A DNA stretch of 61,076 nucleotides, filler included, from Malassezia furfur (lineage: Eukaryota): the NCBI GenBank assembly GCA_052055015.1. It is 5 parts of 5 records of this genome, joined end to end, with 100 filler letters (N's around TTAATTAATTAA, not from the genome) between each part and the next. Parts side by side here need not be neighbours in the genome. Positions count along the whole stretch, not along the records: positions 36,842 to 48,911 come from JBQJIT010000343.1; positions 49,012 to 61,076 come from JBQJIT010000344.1; 3 more parts are not named here. One strand, written 5' to 3'. Position numbers and translations under genes: made by a program. This document shows positions 44,374-55,375 of the stretch, piece by piece. The notes below the pieces were generated by a model, which was not told the origin of the DNA, searched no databases, and saw nothing but the letters and a program-made list of their open reading frames with translations. Numbering within the stretch: the first letter of the stretch is position 1; every line of letters begins with the position of its first letter.

Positions 44374-45273
44374 ATGGCGGCTGCGCGCAACTTGATGAGG
44401 CTCGCGAAGCCGAGCTACGCCGCTTCGGCAATGCGTTCCTCGGGCCGTGCGGCATGTGCCGTGCGTGGTCTGAGCACCACCAAGCTCGTCCGTGAGCAGG
44501 GCGACAAGGGTAGGTTTTGTCGACTCACGCAGTCATGTTCGACTCGCCGTTTGTGGAACGCGCCAACATGAACCCGATGGAGGTGTACGGGAAGATGCAG
44601 CAGCCACTGCACGACTACGCGAGCTGGATTCTGTCTGGTACGTTTGCCAGTGACGGCTCTTTCTCACACAGCGCTCCCCCGTTATATCCAGCAGTTCAGC
44701 GTGTACAAGGACGAGATCACGCTGCACGTCGCGCCGTCGGGCGTGATTCCCGTGATGGCCTTCCTGCGCGACCACACTCTGACGCAATACAAGTCGCTCA
44801 TGGACATCTCGGGCGCCGACTACCCCTCGCGCTCGCAGCGCTTCGAGGTGGTGTACCACCTGCTCAGCGTCCGCAACAACGCGCGCCTGCGTGTCAAGAC
44901 GTACGCGGACGAGGTGACACCTGTTCCGAGTGTCACGGGCCTGTTCCGCAGTGCAGACTGGTTTGAGCGCGAGGCGTGGGACATGTTTGGTATCTTCTTT
45001 GTGGGTCACCCCGATCTTCGGCGCATTTTGACCGACTACGGCTTCGAGGGTCACCCGCTCCGCAAAGACTTCCCGCTTACCGGCTACACCGAGGTGCGCT
45101 GGGACGAGGAGAGGAAGCGCGTTGTCTCGGAGCCTGTGCAGCTCATGCAGGCTCACCGCAACTTTGACTCGGTCTCGCCCTGGGAGCAAGTGGGCGAGGG
45201 CGCGTCGTACAAGCCGAACGAGTACAAGCTGGTGCCGCCGAAGCCGAAGGAGGAGGACAAGGAGAAGAAGTAG
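44374..45273 (+). CDS. NADH:ubiquinone oxidoreductase 30 kDa subunit (NDUFS3/NuoC); introns 44510-44532 and 44638-44671
   Basis: [33 protein letters not shown] and [23 protein letters not shown] motifs. Confidence 0.95.
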
Positions 45274-45476
45274 AAGATAGTGCGACTGCATCTATGGAAA
45301 GGCATATCAAGCCCATGTGTGCTTCGCGCGTACGGCGCACATACGAGCGGAGTGCAGACGGACGGCACGTTGAAGGCACTGTGCCTGCGCACTGCAAGCC
45401 TGGACGTACCGAGACGAGCCGCGGCGCTGTGCCCCCTTCTCACCGCCCGAACGCACACCAACAACCGCGCAGGCCC

Positions 45477-45630
45477 AACTGTTGCTGTCAACAATTATGC
45501 GTCGGATCATTCGCCAAAGCGTAGCCGGGTACATTCAACAGACAGCGTCACTCTACGAGCATTGCGGACGCACCGAAGCGCGCCGCGAGGGACAGGGGCT
45601 ACACGGGCGCCCCGTCGCCTCATGCTCGTC
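45477..45630 (-). ncRNA. Candidate box H/ACA snoRNA (possibly snR36/SNORA36-like)
   Basis: Hairpin 1 is closed by ACGAGCAT/ATGCTCGT and contains a cUUCGg loop. Hinge AGAGTGA is an imperfect H box. Hairpin 2 is closed by GCTGTC/GACAGC and followed by ACA+3. The pocket strands TGTTGA and AATTG meet about 14 nt from the ACA. Confidence 0.4.
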
Positions 45631-45658
45631 AGTAAGCAACCAGTATACCCACGTGGCA

Positions 45659-48069
45659 CTATGAAGGGCGCGCGTCGGCGTCGCGTGGCAGCGGCCCTAC
45701 GCCGAGGCGCCCGGCGAGATTGGACAGCGGCCCTGCCACGCCGTCTTGCGCTTTAAAGCTTTCGAGAAAGTTGGCAAGTGCATCAATCTCGGTGCTGCTC
45801 GCGCCGTTCGTATCCGCGAACTGCCGGAGGCTCTCGGGGATCGAGGCGCCAGACGCCAACAGCTGCTGGAGCAGCTCGGCGTCCTCCTCGCCCAGCTCCT
45901 CGTCTTCCTCCATGTCTGTAGGCTCCGGCTCCCGCACATGCCTGGCACGCTCATTCGCAAGCTCGTTCTCCATCGCGACCAGCACCGTATCGAACGAGTC
46001 GAGCTGGGTATTGGGCGCCGAGGGTCGCGGCGGCGAGGCAGGTGCGGCTGACTGCGTGTGGGCTGGCACATAGGCTGCATAAGTCGTCAATACATACCCC
46101 CACGCTCCTTGCGCTCGTCCAAAATCTGTGCGTACTGCGCATCCGACAGACCAAGCGCCTTGCGCGTAAAGTCGAGGAACCCGTCGAGCTCGTGCGCCAT
46201 ATCCACGCCGTCTTCCTCCTCGGGCGCCTCGTCCAACTCGAGCCACCGGCGGCGGTCGGTGCGCTCCTCTTGCGTATCATCCTCGTCGCCTTGCAGTGAG
46301 CCCTCGCTGTCGCTGTCGCCCTCGTAGTGCTCTTTCGACGAAAAGCCTTGGAGCCGCGTCGGGCGACGCCGGTCGGTTGACGCCGGCGCTGGCGTCAGCG
46401 CTGCTTCGGCGGTACGCGGCACAGGCGGCGCATTGCGCATCTCGGCATCGCACACGGCATTCGCTGCACCCCACTCCGATAGCGGCACGGGCTCGACGAG
46501 GTGCTCGGTGGTACGGGGCGCGTTGTCCTCGTCCGCCTCATCGTCGTCGTCGGCCCCGGCCTCATCTCCATCTTCAAACGTGTCGTCATCAAACAGGGCA
46601 CCCTCAACGTCACCTTCACCGTGGAGAAACTCGTTCATTTTAGTCAAAAACGTGCCCAGCCGATCCATGGTCTGGTCCTCAGCGTTGGCGCCCGGCTCAG
46701 CTAGCGCGTCAAGCTCCTTGGGCACCTCAGCGAGCCATGCTTCGCTGTCTTCGGCCGCGCGACTTGCTTTCACCTCAAGCGGAAGGGCGGCCTGCTGCAC
46801 GATTGAGTCCGGCTGCGCCTCCAGTGTTACACGCAGCGCACGCAGCGATAGCGAGGCATCGTCGCCGTGAGTTGCTGCCAACGCGCGCGCCTCGCTCGCC
46901 AATTCGTTCCAACGGTCGGTGTGCGGCGCCGCAGTACCAAAGTAGCCCAGCGCCGTAAGTGATGCCAGCAACGCCGCATCTGCCGCCGCATCGTGCTTCT
47001 CGGCGGCTTGGGCGGCGCGCGCACTCTTGGCTGCCCATGCGAGCTCGAGGCCGGCGGTGAGTTTGGCGCCCGTATCGCACCAGCGCCCCCACGTCGCCTG
47101 CTCTTCGCTCACACGGGACGCACGCTCGGTGCCGCTCAGGTACAACCGGTACTGCTCGACGGCATGCCGCCATCGCTCGCCATACGCCTTGGGAGGGAAG
47201 AAGCGGTCGTACGACAGCTGAGCATACAGGTGCTGTGTCATGCGCACGGGGAGGAGGACAACCCCGTGTGCGGGGACGATGTCTTCCTGTGGAACCACAT
47301 GAAAACGCTCAGCACGCTCTACTGCACGCATGCTCACCACGTCGCGACTTGTCAGCGCGTGGACCGCCTCGGCGACCATCTGCGGGTGGCCCAGCAAAAT
47401 TCGCGCGGCCGACCGCGGCACGAGCGCGAGCGTGCGGTGGCAATGACTTGCCGCCGCCGCGGGGTATCCAATCAGGCGTGCAAAGGCTGCGGTCTGGACT
47501 TGACTGGGTGCCTCCGTGGGCACCTGAGCATTGCGCACAAGTTGTACCGCGTCGGCGACGGATAGGTACGCTTCATGCTCGTCGTCGTGCGGCGCGTCGG
47601 TTGTGTATTCAAGCGGAATAAGGTGCAGCGCCCCCTCGTAAATCCAGACGCGGTTCATGGCGTTTTCTGGTCGCACCCACTTGGGCAGCTCATGCGCAGC
47701 TTCGATCAGAAGAAACTCGCCGTCTTCGTCCTCGACGCGCACGCACAGGCCCGAAGCAGACTGCGTCAGCGTCCGTAGGATGTAGGTCATGAACCACTCA
47801 TCCTCAACACTATCCTGTACGCGCATTCGAATTTGCACGGTCCCGGGCGGATCGGCCGCGTCATCGCTCGGTGCAACCATAGGCGCTTCGCGATGCCATA
47901 CGTAACCGCCGGCGCCCTCTGGTGGCGGTGTGTTGCACCGCGTATGAATTGCCTGGATCACCAGAGCTTCTAGATCATATACAGTGCCTCTAGCAGGGAC
48001 GAGCGTCGCAACAAACACCGCCGCACGTTCCCCCCCATCGTCCGGCAGTACGCTGCCCCGAGCGTCCAT
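45659..48069 (-). CDS. Ecdysoneless/SGT1-domain protein; intron 46075-46097
   Basis: YVWHRE, DSVEDEWF, DEDGEFLLIEAA..LPKW..PE.A.NRVWI..G.LH and N.LESFKAQ.G.AGP.SNL motifs. Confidence 0.88.
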
Positions 48070-48148
48070 GTGGAGGAAGAGGAGGCGCGCGTGGAGTTCC
48101 GTCGCGCCTCATCCTACCGCGTCGAGGTGGTTCCCCGGCGTGCTTGGG

Positions 48149-48911
48149 ATGCCGAAACGGATTCGATCGTCGACCGAGTCGAACACGCGCCCCAACATTC
48201 CGAGCGAGCCGTCCTTTCTGAACCGCTGGTGGGGGCATCTGGTCGCGTTGGCCGACACAGTCGCTCACCCACACCGGAAACGACGCGCGACCGAGGAGTC
48301 GGTGGACGGCATGCGGACGCGGGACTCGGACAACGATACCGAGAGCACGGCAGAAAAGGATGCTCCAAAAGCTTTAGAGCAGGTTGAGCAGACTCCCACT
48401 CAGCATGCACGCACTACAGAGCCTCTCGACCAAGGCATGCCCGCTTTCCAACATTCCCCAATGTTGGAGCCGGAGACGACGGTAAACGATGCACAACTGG
48501 TTGCAGAATCTGCTGAAAAAGATGCTGTGGAGCCGTCTACGTCTGCTTTTACTGAAGAGGTCGTCGACAGCGCTTCTACGCAGGACGCAGATGGCGCTCT
48601 TCCGATGGATGACGGCCTTGAAGCCGTTGCAAAAGATCTGGCATTGCAAGAACAACACAAGGAAATGCATAAACCCAGGCAAGAAATATGGCCGAAACCG
48701 GAGCATGACCAAGAACAGGGGAAAGAAAAGGAGAGTGAAGACGTCGCTGAGGAGAACAAAGAAGCCGAGGAAGGCGATCAAGAAGTGACCAGAGACAAAG
48801 CAGGGGTAGCAGAGGAGGATGCCGAGCAAGAAGAAGAGGAGGAAGAGGAGGACGAAGAAGAGGAGGACGAGGAAGAGGAGGACGAGGAAGAGGAGGACGA
48901 GGAAGAGGAGG
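48149..48911 (+). CDS. Hypothetical acidic protein, N-terminal part (3' truncated)
   Basis: Open frame into the gap with an Asp/Glu-rich tract. An alternative in-frame ATG lies at 48068. Confidence 0.55.
48830..48911 (+). repeat. Coding (GAGGAAGAGGAGGAC)n acidic repeat at contig end
   Basis: 15-nt units encoding EEEED, the likely cause of the assembly break. Confidence 0.85.
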
Positions 48912-49011
48912 NNNNNNNNNNNNNNNNNNNNNNNNNNNNNNNNNNNNNNNNNNNNTTAATTAATTAANNNNNNNNNNNNNNNNNNNNNNNNNNNNNNNNN
49001 NNNNNNNNNNN
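48912..49011. other. Artificial contig linker
   Basis: N44-TTAATTAATTAA-N44. Confidence 0.97.
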
Positions 49012-49230
49012 CAGCTTGTGCAGGCGCACAAAGTCGATCTCGCTGAGCTGCTCCCAGTCGGGCGCGGCGGCGGACGCATGGCGCCGGTGTCGACGATGCA
49101 GCGCGGCGCGCGCCGCGGCGGCTACCGCGACTGGGAGCGCACGCAGCGCAAGGCGCGCGAGGCGTCCATCACGGTCGCGCCCGACTGGGAGCAGCTCAGC
49201 GAGATCGACTTTGTGCGCCTGCACAAGCTG
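49012..49230. repeat. Perfect 55-bp inverted duplication (49012-49066 = reverse complement of 49176-49230)
   Basis: Direct base comparison. It sits at the contig end and copies eIF3d coding sequence. Confidence 0.92.
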
Positions 49231-50412
49231 CGCATGGACGTCGAAGCGCCCGTGGACCTGGAGTCGTACGGTGCGCTGTACGCGTACGACCGCTCGTACG
49301 ACCGTGTGAGCGTGCGCTTTGAGCGCCCGCTGCAGCCGCGCGACCGCGTGCACTACAACCCGACGACGAGCGACGACCCGGTGATCCAGCAGATCGCCGA
49401 GAGCCCCGACAACAAGGCGCAGGTGTTCATGACCGACTCAATCCTTGCGCTGCTCATGTGTGCGCCGCGCTCCGTGTACCCATGGGACGTGGTGATCACC
49501 AAGACCGAGGACGGCAAGATGTTCTTCGACAAGCGCGCCAACGGGCCGTTTGACTTTGTCACGGTCAACGAGAATGCCACCGAGCCGCCGATCGAGCTCA
49601 ACGACCCCGCGAATGGCCCGAACCCCGAGCGCAACGTGCGCGCGCGCATCAACACGCCGAGCGCGCTGAGCCTCGAGGCGACGTTCGTCAACGAAAACTT
49701 CGGCTTCCAGGTGTGCGACGAGACGAAGAAGCCGTACAAGTTCTCGCACCCCAACCCCTTCCACACGAGCGCCGACGACGGGCAGCTCGCGAGCTGCGGG
49801 TACCGCTACCGCCGCTTCAACCTCAGCACCGACGAGGAGGACCCCGTCGAGATGGTCGTGCGCACAGAGCTCAACGCGTACGTGCCGGGCGCCACCGCCA
49901 AGGCGCCGCCGTCGCAGCTCATCACCATCCGCACGCTCAACGAGTTTGACTCGCGCGCGCCGGGTGCGGGCGGTGCGCCTGACTGGCGCTCGCGCCTCGA
50001 CCAGTCGCGTGGTGCGGTGGTCGCGACCGAGATGAAGAACAACTCGTTCAAGCTCGCGCGGTTCACGGTGCAGAGCATCCTCGCGGGCGCCGACAACATG
50101 AAGGTCGGCTTCATCTCGCGCGCCAACCCGCTCGACCCGTACCGCCATGTGATCATGGGCACCTCGTGGTTCAAGCCCAAGGAGCTGGCGACGCAGATGG
50201 CCTACTCGCTCGCGAACGGCTGGGGCATTGTGCGCACCATCATCGACCTCGTGCGCGATGCGCCGCCGGGCAAGTTTGTGCTCGTCAAGGACCCGAACCG
50301 CCCGATCATCAAGTTCTTCAAGGTCCCCAACGACTTTGACCAGAACGCCGAGGAGGAGGAAGAGGAAGAGGTCGAGGAGGAGGCCGCGCCCGACGCGCCC
50401 GAGGAGGAGTAG
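49066..50412 (+). CDS. EIF3D: Translation initiation factor eIF3 subunit D (5' truncated)
   Basis: REASI.V.PDW..L.EIDF, TTSDDPVI, LMCAPRSVYPWD, DWR..LD..RGAVVATEMKNNS.KLAR and NGWGIVR motifs. Confidence 0.93.
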   Translation, partial: GGGRMAPVSTMQRGARRGGYRDWERTQRKAREASITVAPDWEQLSEIDFVRLHKLRMDVEAPVDLESYGALYAYDRSYDRVSVRFERPLQPRDRVHYNPTTSDDPVIQQIAESPDNKAQVFMTDSILALLMCAPRSVYPWDVVITKTEDGKMFFDKRANGPFDFVTVNENATEPPIELNDPANGPNPERNVRARINTPSALSLEATFVNENFGFQVCDETKKPYKFSHPNPFHTSADDGQLASCGYRYRRFNLSTDEEDPVEMVVRTELNAYVPGATAKAPPSQLITIRTLNEFDSRAPGAGGAPDWRSRLDQSRGAVVATEMKNNSFKLARFTVQSILAGADNMKVGFISRANPLDPYRHVIMGTSWFKPKELATQMAYSLANGWGIVRTIIDLVRDAPPGKFVLVKDPNRPIIKFFKVPNDFDQNAEEEEEEEVEEEAAPDAPEEE

Positions 50413-50498
50413 ACTAGCTAGTCCAAAATGGCCGCTGCGGCCCTGTTTGTTCATCGATGGCATCCCAGCTGCTTCCTATGTATACACGCGCAGGTGGC

Positions 50499-51116
50499 CT
50501 ATGCACCCGCCTGCTCCTTGGCCTTTTTGAGCGCACGGTACTGCTTCACGACCCGCTCGCGCTCCTCGTCGAGGATCTTTTGCCGCGCGAGCGACGGTTT
50601 CGGCCGCGCGGCCGCCTGGGCCTCGACGGCCGTCGGCGCCTGTGCCTTTTTGCGCTCCTTTGGCCGTGCGGTGATCACGGGCGGCGCCTGTGCCACGTCG
50701 TGCAGCGACCGCGTTTTGGACGCGCGCGCCCAGTCCGCCGCCGCGTCTTCGTGCGCCAGCTGGGGGTTGGCGGCGCGCTTCTTGGCCTTGAGCAGCTCGC
50801 GCCGCCGCTCGCGCTTGCGTGTATTGGACTCGGAGCGCTGCTCGCGCCGCATCGTCGAGTTGATGTCGGTCGCAAACGCGTTCTCGACACGCTGGTTAAA
50901 GTCGCGCATGCGCTCGTTCGGCCGGATCTTGAGCGCAGGGGTCTCCTGGGACGCTGCGTCCGCCTCCGCCTTGCGCTTGGGCGGCGGCGCACTGAACAGG
51001 TGCCGCGCACTCCGTGGGATGTCGTCGAGCCCCGACTTGCCCGCGGGCGCACGGTCAAAACCGAGCGCGTCGCGTTGCGAATGCCGCGCCGAAGATTTTG
51101 CGCGCTTGTGTGGCAT
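50499..51116 (-). CDS. Conserved basic protein, CCDC137-like
   Basis: MPHKR, DDIPRSA, I.PNE..RDFN.RVE, L.DVAQAPP and L.EERERVV..YR.LK motifs. Confidence 0.65.
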   Translation of the reverse strand: MPHKRAKSSARHSQRDALGFDRAPAGKSGLDDIPRSARHLFSAPPPKRKAEADAASQETPALKIRPNERMRDFNQRVENAFATDINSTMRREQRSESNTRKRERRRELLKAKKRAANPQLAHEDAAADWARASKTRSLHDVAQAPPVITARPKERKKAQAPTAVEAQAAARPKPSLARQKILDEERERVVKQYRALKKAKEQAGA

Positions 51117-51143
51117 CGGCGCTGGTGTGTGGAGGCAACGTCG

Positions 51144-52002
51144 ATGGACGACGAACCGGGGGGCGACTGCGGCCTGCTGCAGCTCGTGCGCGATCCACAG
51201 CGCGCCGCGCTTGTGAAGCAGGGTGCAGAAGCAAAGGTGTACCGCTTTGTCTTATATGAGCGCGAGGTCGGCGTCACGCTGCCAAACAAGCCCGCGGAAA
51301 GCCGCGTGGAAGAACACGTCGTGCTGCTCAAGCACCGCTTCTTCAAGCGGTACCGTCATCCGACGCTCTCGGCATCCATCACACTCGCACGCACCGTGTC
51401 CGAGGCACGGTCGCTCGTGCGCAGCGCACGCAGCGGCGTGGCCGTCCCACGCGTCGAGCTGGTCGACGAAACGCGCGGCCTGCTGGGCCTGGAGTGGATC
51501 GACGGCGTGAGCGTGCGCCGGTGGCTTGGCGGCTTCCCTGAGGACGGAGAGACAGACACAGCACTCCCTGACGACGTTCTGCCGCCAACCGAGGCAAACC
51601 AATGTGCGTGTGTGCAATGCTGACCCAGTGGACGCCATGGACCGGATCGGCGAACAGCTCGCGCGGATGCACTGTGCCGATGTGATTCACGGCGACTTGA
51701 CCACGAGCAACATGATGCTCCGCAAGGGCGCCACAATTGAGCTGGTGCTGATCGACTTTGGGCTCGCGAGCGTGTCGAGCTTCTGGGAGGACAAGGCGGT
51801 GGATCTGTACGTGCTGGAGCGTGCGTTTGCGTCGACGCACCCCGCGTCGCAGGCCCTGTTTCACAGCGTGCTCGAGAGCTATGCAGAGCACACGACGCGG
51901 TTTGCGCCCAAGGGCGGCAAGGCACAAAACGCCTGGCAGCACATCCATGCGCGCCTGCAAGAGGTGCGGCTGCGTGGCCGCAAGCGGTCCATGGTCGGGT
52001 AA
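51144..52002 (+). CDS. BUD32: EKC/KEOPS complex atypical kinase; intron 51604-51628
   Basis: KQGAEA, RF.K.YRHP.L, IHGDLTTSNM, IDFGL, EDKAVDLYVLERAF.STHP and VRLRGRKRSMVG motifs. Confidence 0.95.
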
Positions 52003-52019
52003 TGATGTAGTACACTATA

Positions 52020-52606
52020 TTACAACCAGTCCGGTCGGTGCTCTGGATCGAGCTGGACGCGCGCGAGGTCGAACATGACGATGAACTCCTCGTCGGCGAT
52101 TTTGTCGCCGGCGAACCGCGCATACTCTTCGAGGATGCTGATGTGGCTCCATCCCTGCAGGCGGCGCAGGCATCCAACGAGGCTGCCCACGCGGTACTTG
52201 CCCTTGTTGCAGTGGATCAGCACGGGGTGGTTGCGCTTGTCGAGCACATGCTCGAGCGCCGACGCGACTTCTGCCTCGTCCACTGCGGTGAGCGGCATGC
52301 GGACCTACTTTCGGTAAATGGCTCCTTATTGAGGTTGACACGGTGATGGAACACGTTGAGTCCCTGCTGCCGCGACCACTGCAGCACGTTAGGGCGGTAG
52401 TCGTCGTTCGCGAGGTACACGATGCTGCGCAGGTTGAGCCGCTGGAGGAAGCGGAAATTGCGCTCGTTCGGGTGCCCGCTGCGGTACACGCCCGGCGCGA
52501 CCATGTCAAAGTTCAGCGGGGGTACCACGATCTCGCTTGAGCCGCCCATGCGGCTGCCCCACAGCCCGCGCACGCCCGGCGGCACCTCGACCTGGCGCGG
52601 CTCCAT
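52020..52606 (-). CDS. Siw14/Oca-family (PFA-DSP) phosphatase-like protein; intron 52283-52308
   Basis: VPPLNF.MV.PGVYRSG.P, N.PVLIHCNKGKYRVG and EEY.RFAG.K motifs. Start is 52606 or 52549. Confidence 0.88.
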
Positions 52607-52641
52607 GGTAGGCCACGTGATTCCCTCGCCCAGCCTCCTCC

Positions 52642-54768
52642 ATGGCGCAGCGACCGAGCGGAGCGAGCGGGAACCGCGCCGCGAACGTGTCGCCCGCGGG
52701 CACGCGGCACTCGACGCCGCTGCCCGGCATGAGCGACACGGCATCAATGTTGCGTACGCGCCGCGCTGGCGGCGCACGCCCGTCGCAGCTGGAAGAGATT
52801 GACGATTTTGAGGTCGAGACGCCCGGCGATGCGGCACTGAACGAGCTGCCATCGGGCATCATCATGCCCGGCGTCAAGGGCTCGCGGCCCAAGGAGGCCG
52901 AGCAGCAGCCCACTGAGGCACCCGGGCGCGGGAACAAGACGATCAAGGCCCCCACGACGACGCGCGCGCCCTTCCCTCGCGCCGCGCCGCCCAAGCTGCC
53001 CTCGAGCAAGACGGGGGCGCCGGGGGCCTCGAGCGGCCCGCTGCGTGTCGGCGGGCCGAGCAAGCCGTCGGCGGGCCCGCAGCTTAAGGGCACGCCCGCG
53101 CGTGTGCAGCGCTACTCGCTGCCGGTGCGTGCCGAAAAGCCGGTGCGCACGAGCAAAGTGAGCGGCCGCCATGTGCTGCTGCCGAGCGAAAGCCAGCTCG
53201 CGCCGCTGCCTGAGCAGGCCTCGCAGGACGGCGAGAGCGACGAGGAGGAGGATGAGGAGGAGGACGATGCGGCGCCCACGCCCGAGCCGCGCCCGCGCCG
53301 ACGGGCACCGCCGCGCGGGCCGAGGCGCAAGGGTCCTGTGTACTATGCGTTTGAGCGCATGCCGCCGCAGGAGCGCATCGCGACACAGCTGCCGCGGCTG
53401 ACGTCGTACGCGATCTCTGCGTCGATCCATCTGCCGACGCTGCTCGGCTTTCTGCGGCGCGAGCATAGCGTGCGTCCGCGGCTGTACGAAGAGTGTGCCT
53501 ATGTTCTGTACTTCAAGCCGCTGCTCCCCGGCTTTGGGCGCACGTCGGTGAGGAGCTCGCGCGAGCCGCGCAGCGGCTCGCCCGGCGCCGAGTCGCGGCA
53601 CGAGCGCGAGATCGTGGCGCACGAGGAGAGCGGGTATGTGGGCAGCTACTTTGAGCCGCACGACGAGCAGACCAACATGGACAACGACGGGTACATCCAG
53701 GGCGGCGAGCGCAGCGGCGGCGCGCCCGACACGCCTTCGGGCATCGACAACCCCCCGCCGAACGAGGAGGAGCGCATCAACACGCTGCTCACCGAGACGA
53801 TGGTCGAAGAGGCGCGCGTCCCGGCGCCGAGCGAGCACGACAACCTCGACCCGACGCAGGCGGACCGTGCAGGCGCACGTGACATGATGCTCCAGGAGAG
53901 TGCGGAGCGCGCCGAGGAGCCGCGCGAGCAGCCGGACCCGCCGCGGCAGAAGATGGAGAAGCTGCTGCGCATCAACCAGGCGTCGCACACGCACGATGGC
54001 GAGGAGAACGAGCATGCGCCGCCGGCGATCCAGGACGCGCTCAAGACGGGCGAGCTGGTGGTGCTGCCGTACGGCGTCGTGGTCATGTTCAACTTTACCG
54101 AGGCCGAGGAGGAGAGCATCCTCGCAGACATTATGGCGTCCGGCAGCGTGCGTACGCCGCACCGCATGTACGACCAGGAGCTCTTCCACTTCTGCTACGA
54201 CCCGAACGTGCAGGCGCCGCGCATCTACAACGACTTCTTCACGTTCCGCGCGCCGAATCACCTGCTCAAGCTGTCGCTTGCGCACGCCATCGCGCAGTCC
54301 ACCAAGCTGTCCGAGTTCGAGGAGAGCATGCACCGCACGCTTGAGCTCACGAGCCACATCCCGCGCGAACTCGCACAGACCGGCGAGCTCGGCGTGAACC
54401 GGCGTGGGGCGCTGCGCATGTCCGGCCACCTGTTCAAGCTGCGTGTGGACGTGAATCTGACCTCGGATGTGCTCGACACGCCCGACCTGTTCTGGAGCGA
54501 GGCGAGTCTGCAGGCGCTTTACGACGCGATCCGCCAGTACCTCGAGATCGACCAGCGCGCGCAGACGCTCAACGAGCGCCTCGCGGTGGCCAACGACCTG
54601 CTCGAGATCATCCACGAGCACCTCAACAACAATGCGATGAGCAAGATTACGTGGATCATCATTGCGCTCATTGTCGCCGCGTGCTTCGTCGCCGTGGGCG
54701 AGATTTCCGCGCGTGTGATTGTCTCGGCACGGCACAGCCAGGGCAAGGGCGTGATGTATGGACTGTAG
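52642..54768 (+). CDS. Rmd1/Rmd8/Sif2-family protein (DUF155)
   Basis: RTSKVS..HVLLP, YGVVV.FNFT..EE, PRIYND, SLAHAIAQSTKLS, LFKLRVDVNL...VLDTP..FW.E, YLEI.QR...LN.R motifs and a C-terminal TM helix. Confidence 0.88.
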   Translation: MAQRPSGASGNRAANVSPAGTRHSTPLPGMSDTASMLRTRRAGGARPSQLEEIDDFEVETPGDAALNELPSGIIMPGVKGSRPKEAEQQPTEAPGRGNKTIKAPTTTRAPFPRAAPPKLPSSKTGAPGASSGPLRVGGPSKPSAGPQLKGTPARVQRYSLPVRAEKPVRTSKVSGRHVLLPSESQLAPLPEQASQDGESDEEEDEEEDDAAPTPEPRPRRRAPPRGPRRKGPVYYAFERMPPQERIATQLPRLTSYAISASIHLPTLLGFLRREHSVRPRLYEECAYVLYFKPLLPGFGRTSVRSSREPRSGSPGAESRHEREIVAHEESGYVGSYFEPHDEQTNMDNDGYIQGGERSGGAPDTPSGIDNPPPNEEERINTLLTETMVEEARVPAPSEHDNLDPTQADRAGARDMMLQESAERAEEPREQPDPPRQKMEKLLRINQASHTHDGEENEHAPPAIQDALKTGELVVLPYGVVVMFNFTEAEEESILADIMASGSVRTPHRMYDQELFHFCYDPNVQAPRIYNDFFTFRAPNHLLKLSLAHAIAQSTKLSEFEESMHRTLELTSHIPRELAQTGELGVNRRGALRMSGHLFKLRVDVNLTSDVLDTPDLFWSEASLQALYDAIRQYLEIDQRAQTLNERLAVANDLLEIIHEHLNNNAMSKITWIIIALIVAACFVAVGEISARVIVSARHSQGKGVMYGL

Positions 54769-54863
54769 ACGCGTCGCGCGCATGTGCGTGGCGCTACGTA
54801 GACACGGCATCGTACCTATGGAGCGCACCGGGAATGCGTGCGGGCACAGTGGCTTCTGCGCGG

Positions 54864-55342
54864 CTACTGGCCCGCATCGTACACGTCGCTGCCGCAAAGC
54901 TCGCGGAACTGCGTGAGTGGCGTGGCGTACCTGCTTGAGCGACGTCTGTTCGGCGTCGACGCGTGCCACCTGCGTAAGTCCGCTTGTCCTCGCGGCTACG
55001 TACCACTTCCAGCAGCGAGCCGGGCACAACGCGCAGCGTGTCGTGCGTCTTGACCTCGACGACCAGCACAGTGCCGTCGCCCTTGGCGGTGCGGTCGTCC
55101 GCCACGACAAACACGCGCGGCGACCACTTGTTGTCGTCCTGCTGCACGTACGTCTCCGCCGCAGCGACGGTCGTAGGCAGCCCCGACTCGGCGGGCACGG
55201 GCTGGACGAGCTCGGTGATGGAGGCCTCGACAGAGCCCTCTTCGCCGGACACGAGCTCGCGCACGTAGTCCGAGTCGTCGATGCGCTTCTGCAGCGTCGC
55301 ACGGTCCACGCCGGCGTCCCACACCCACAGCGACACGGGCAT
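54864..55342 (-). CDS. Small hypothetical protein; predicted introns 54970-55003 and 54909-54930
   Basis: FVVADDRT..DGTVLVV core. Splicing gives ...SLLEV|VARVDAEQTSLKQ|FRELCGSDVYDAGQ*. Confidence 0.55.
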
Positions 55343-55375
55343 CGTGCGTTCTGACTAAACCTGGGCGCATCCGCC

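Noticed and set aside
45300..45340. ACACATGGGCTTGA (minus strand) resembling RNase MRP/P conserved region V
   Set aside because: No matching CR-I (GAAAGUCCCC-like) element was found upstream.
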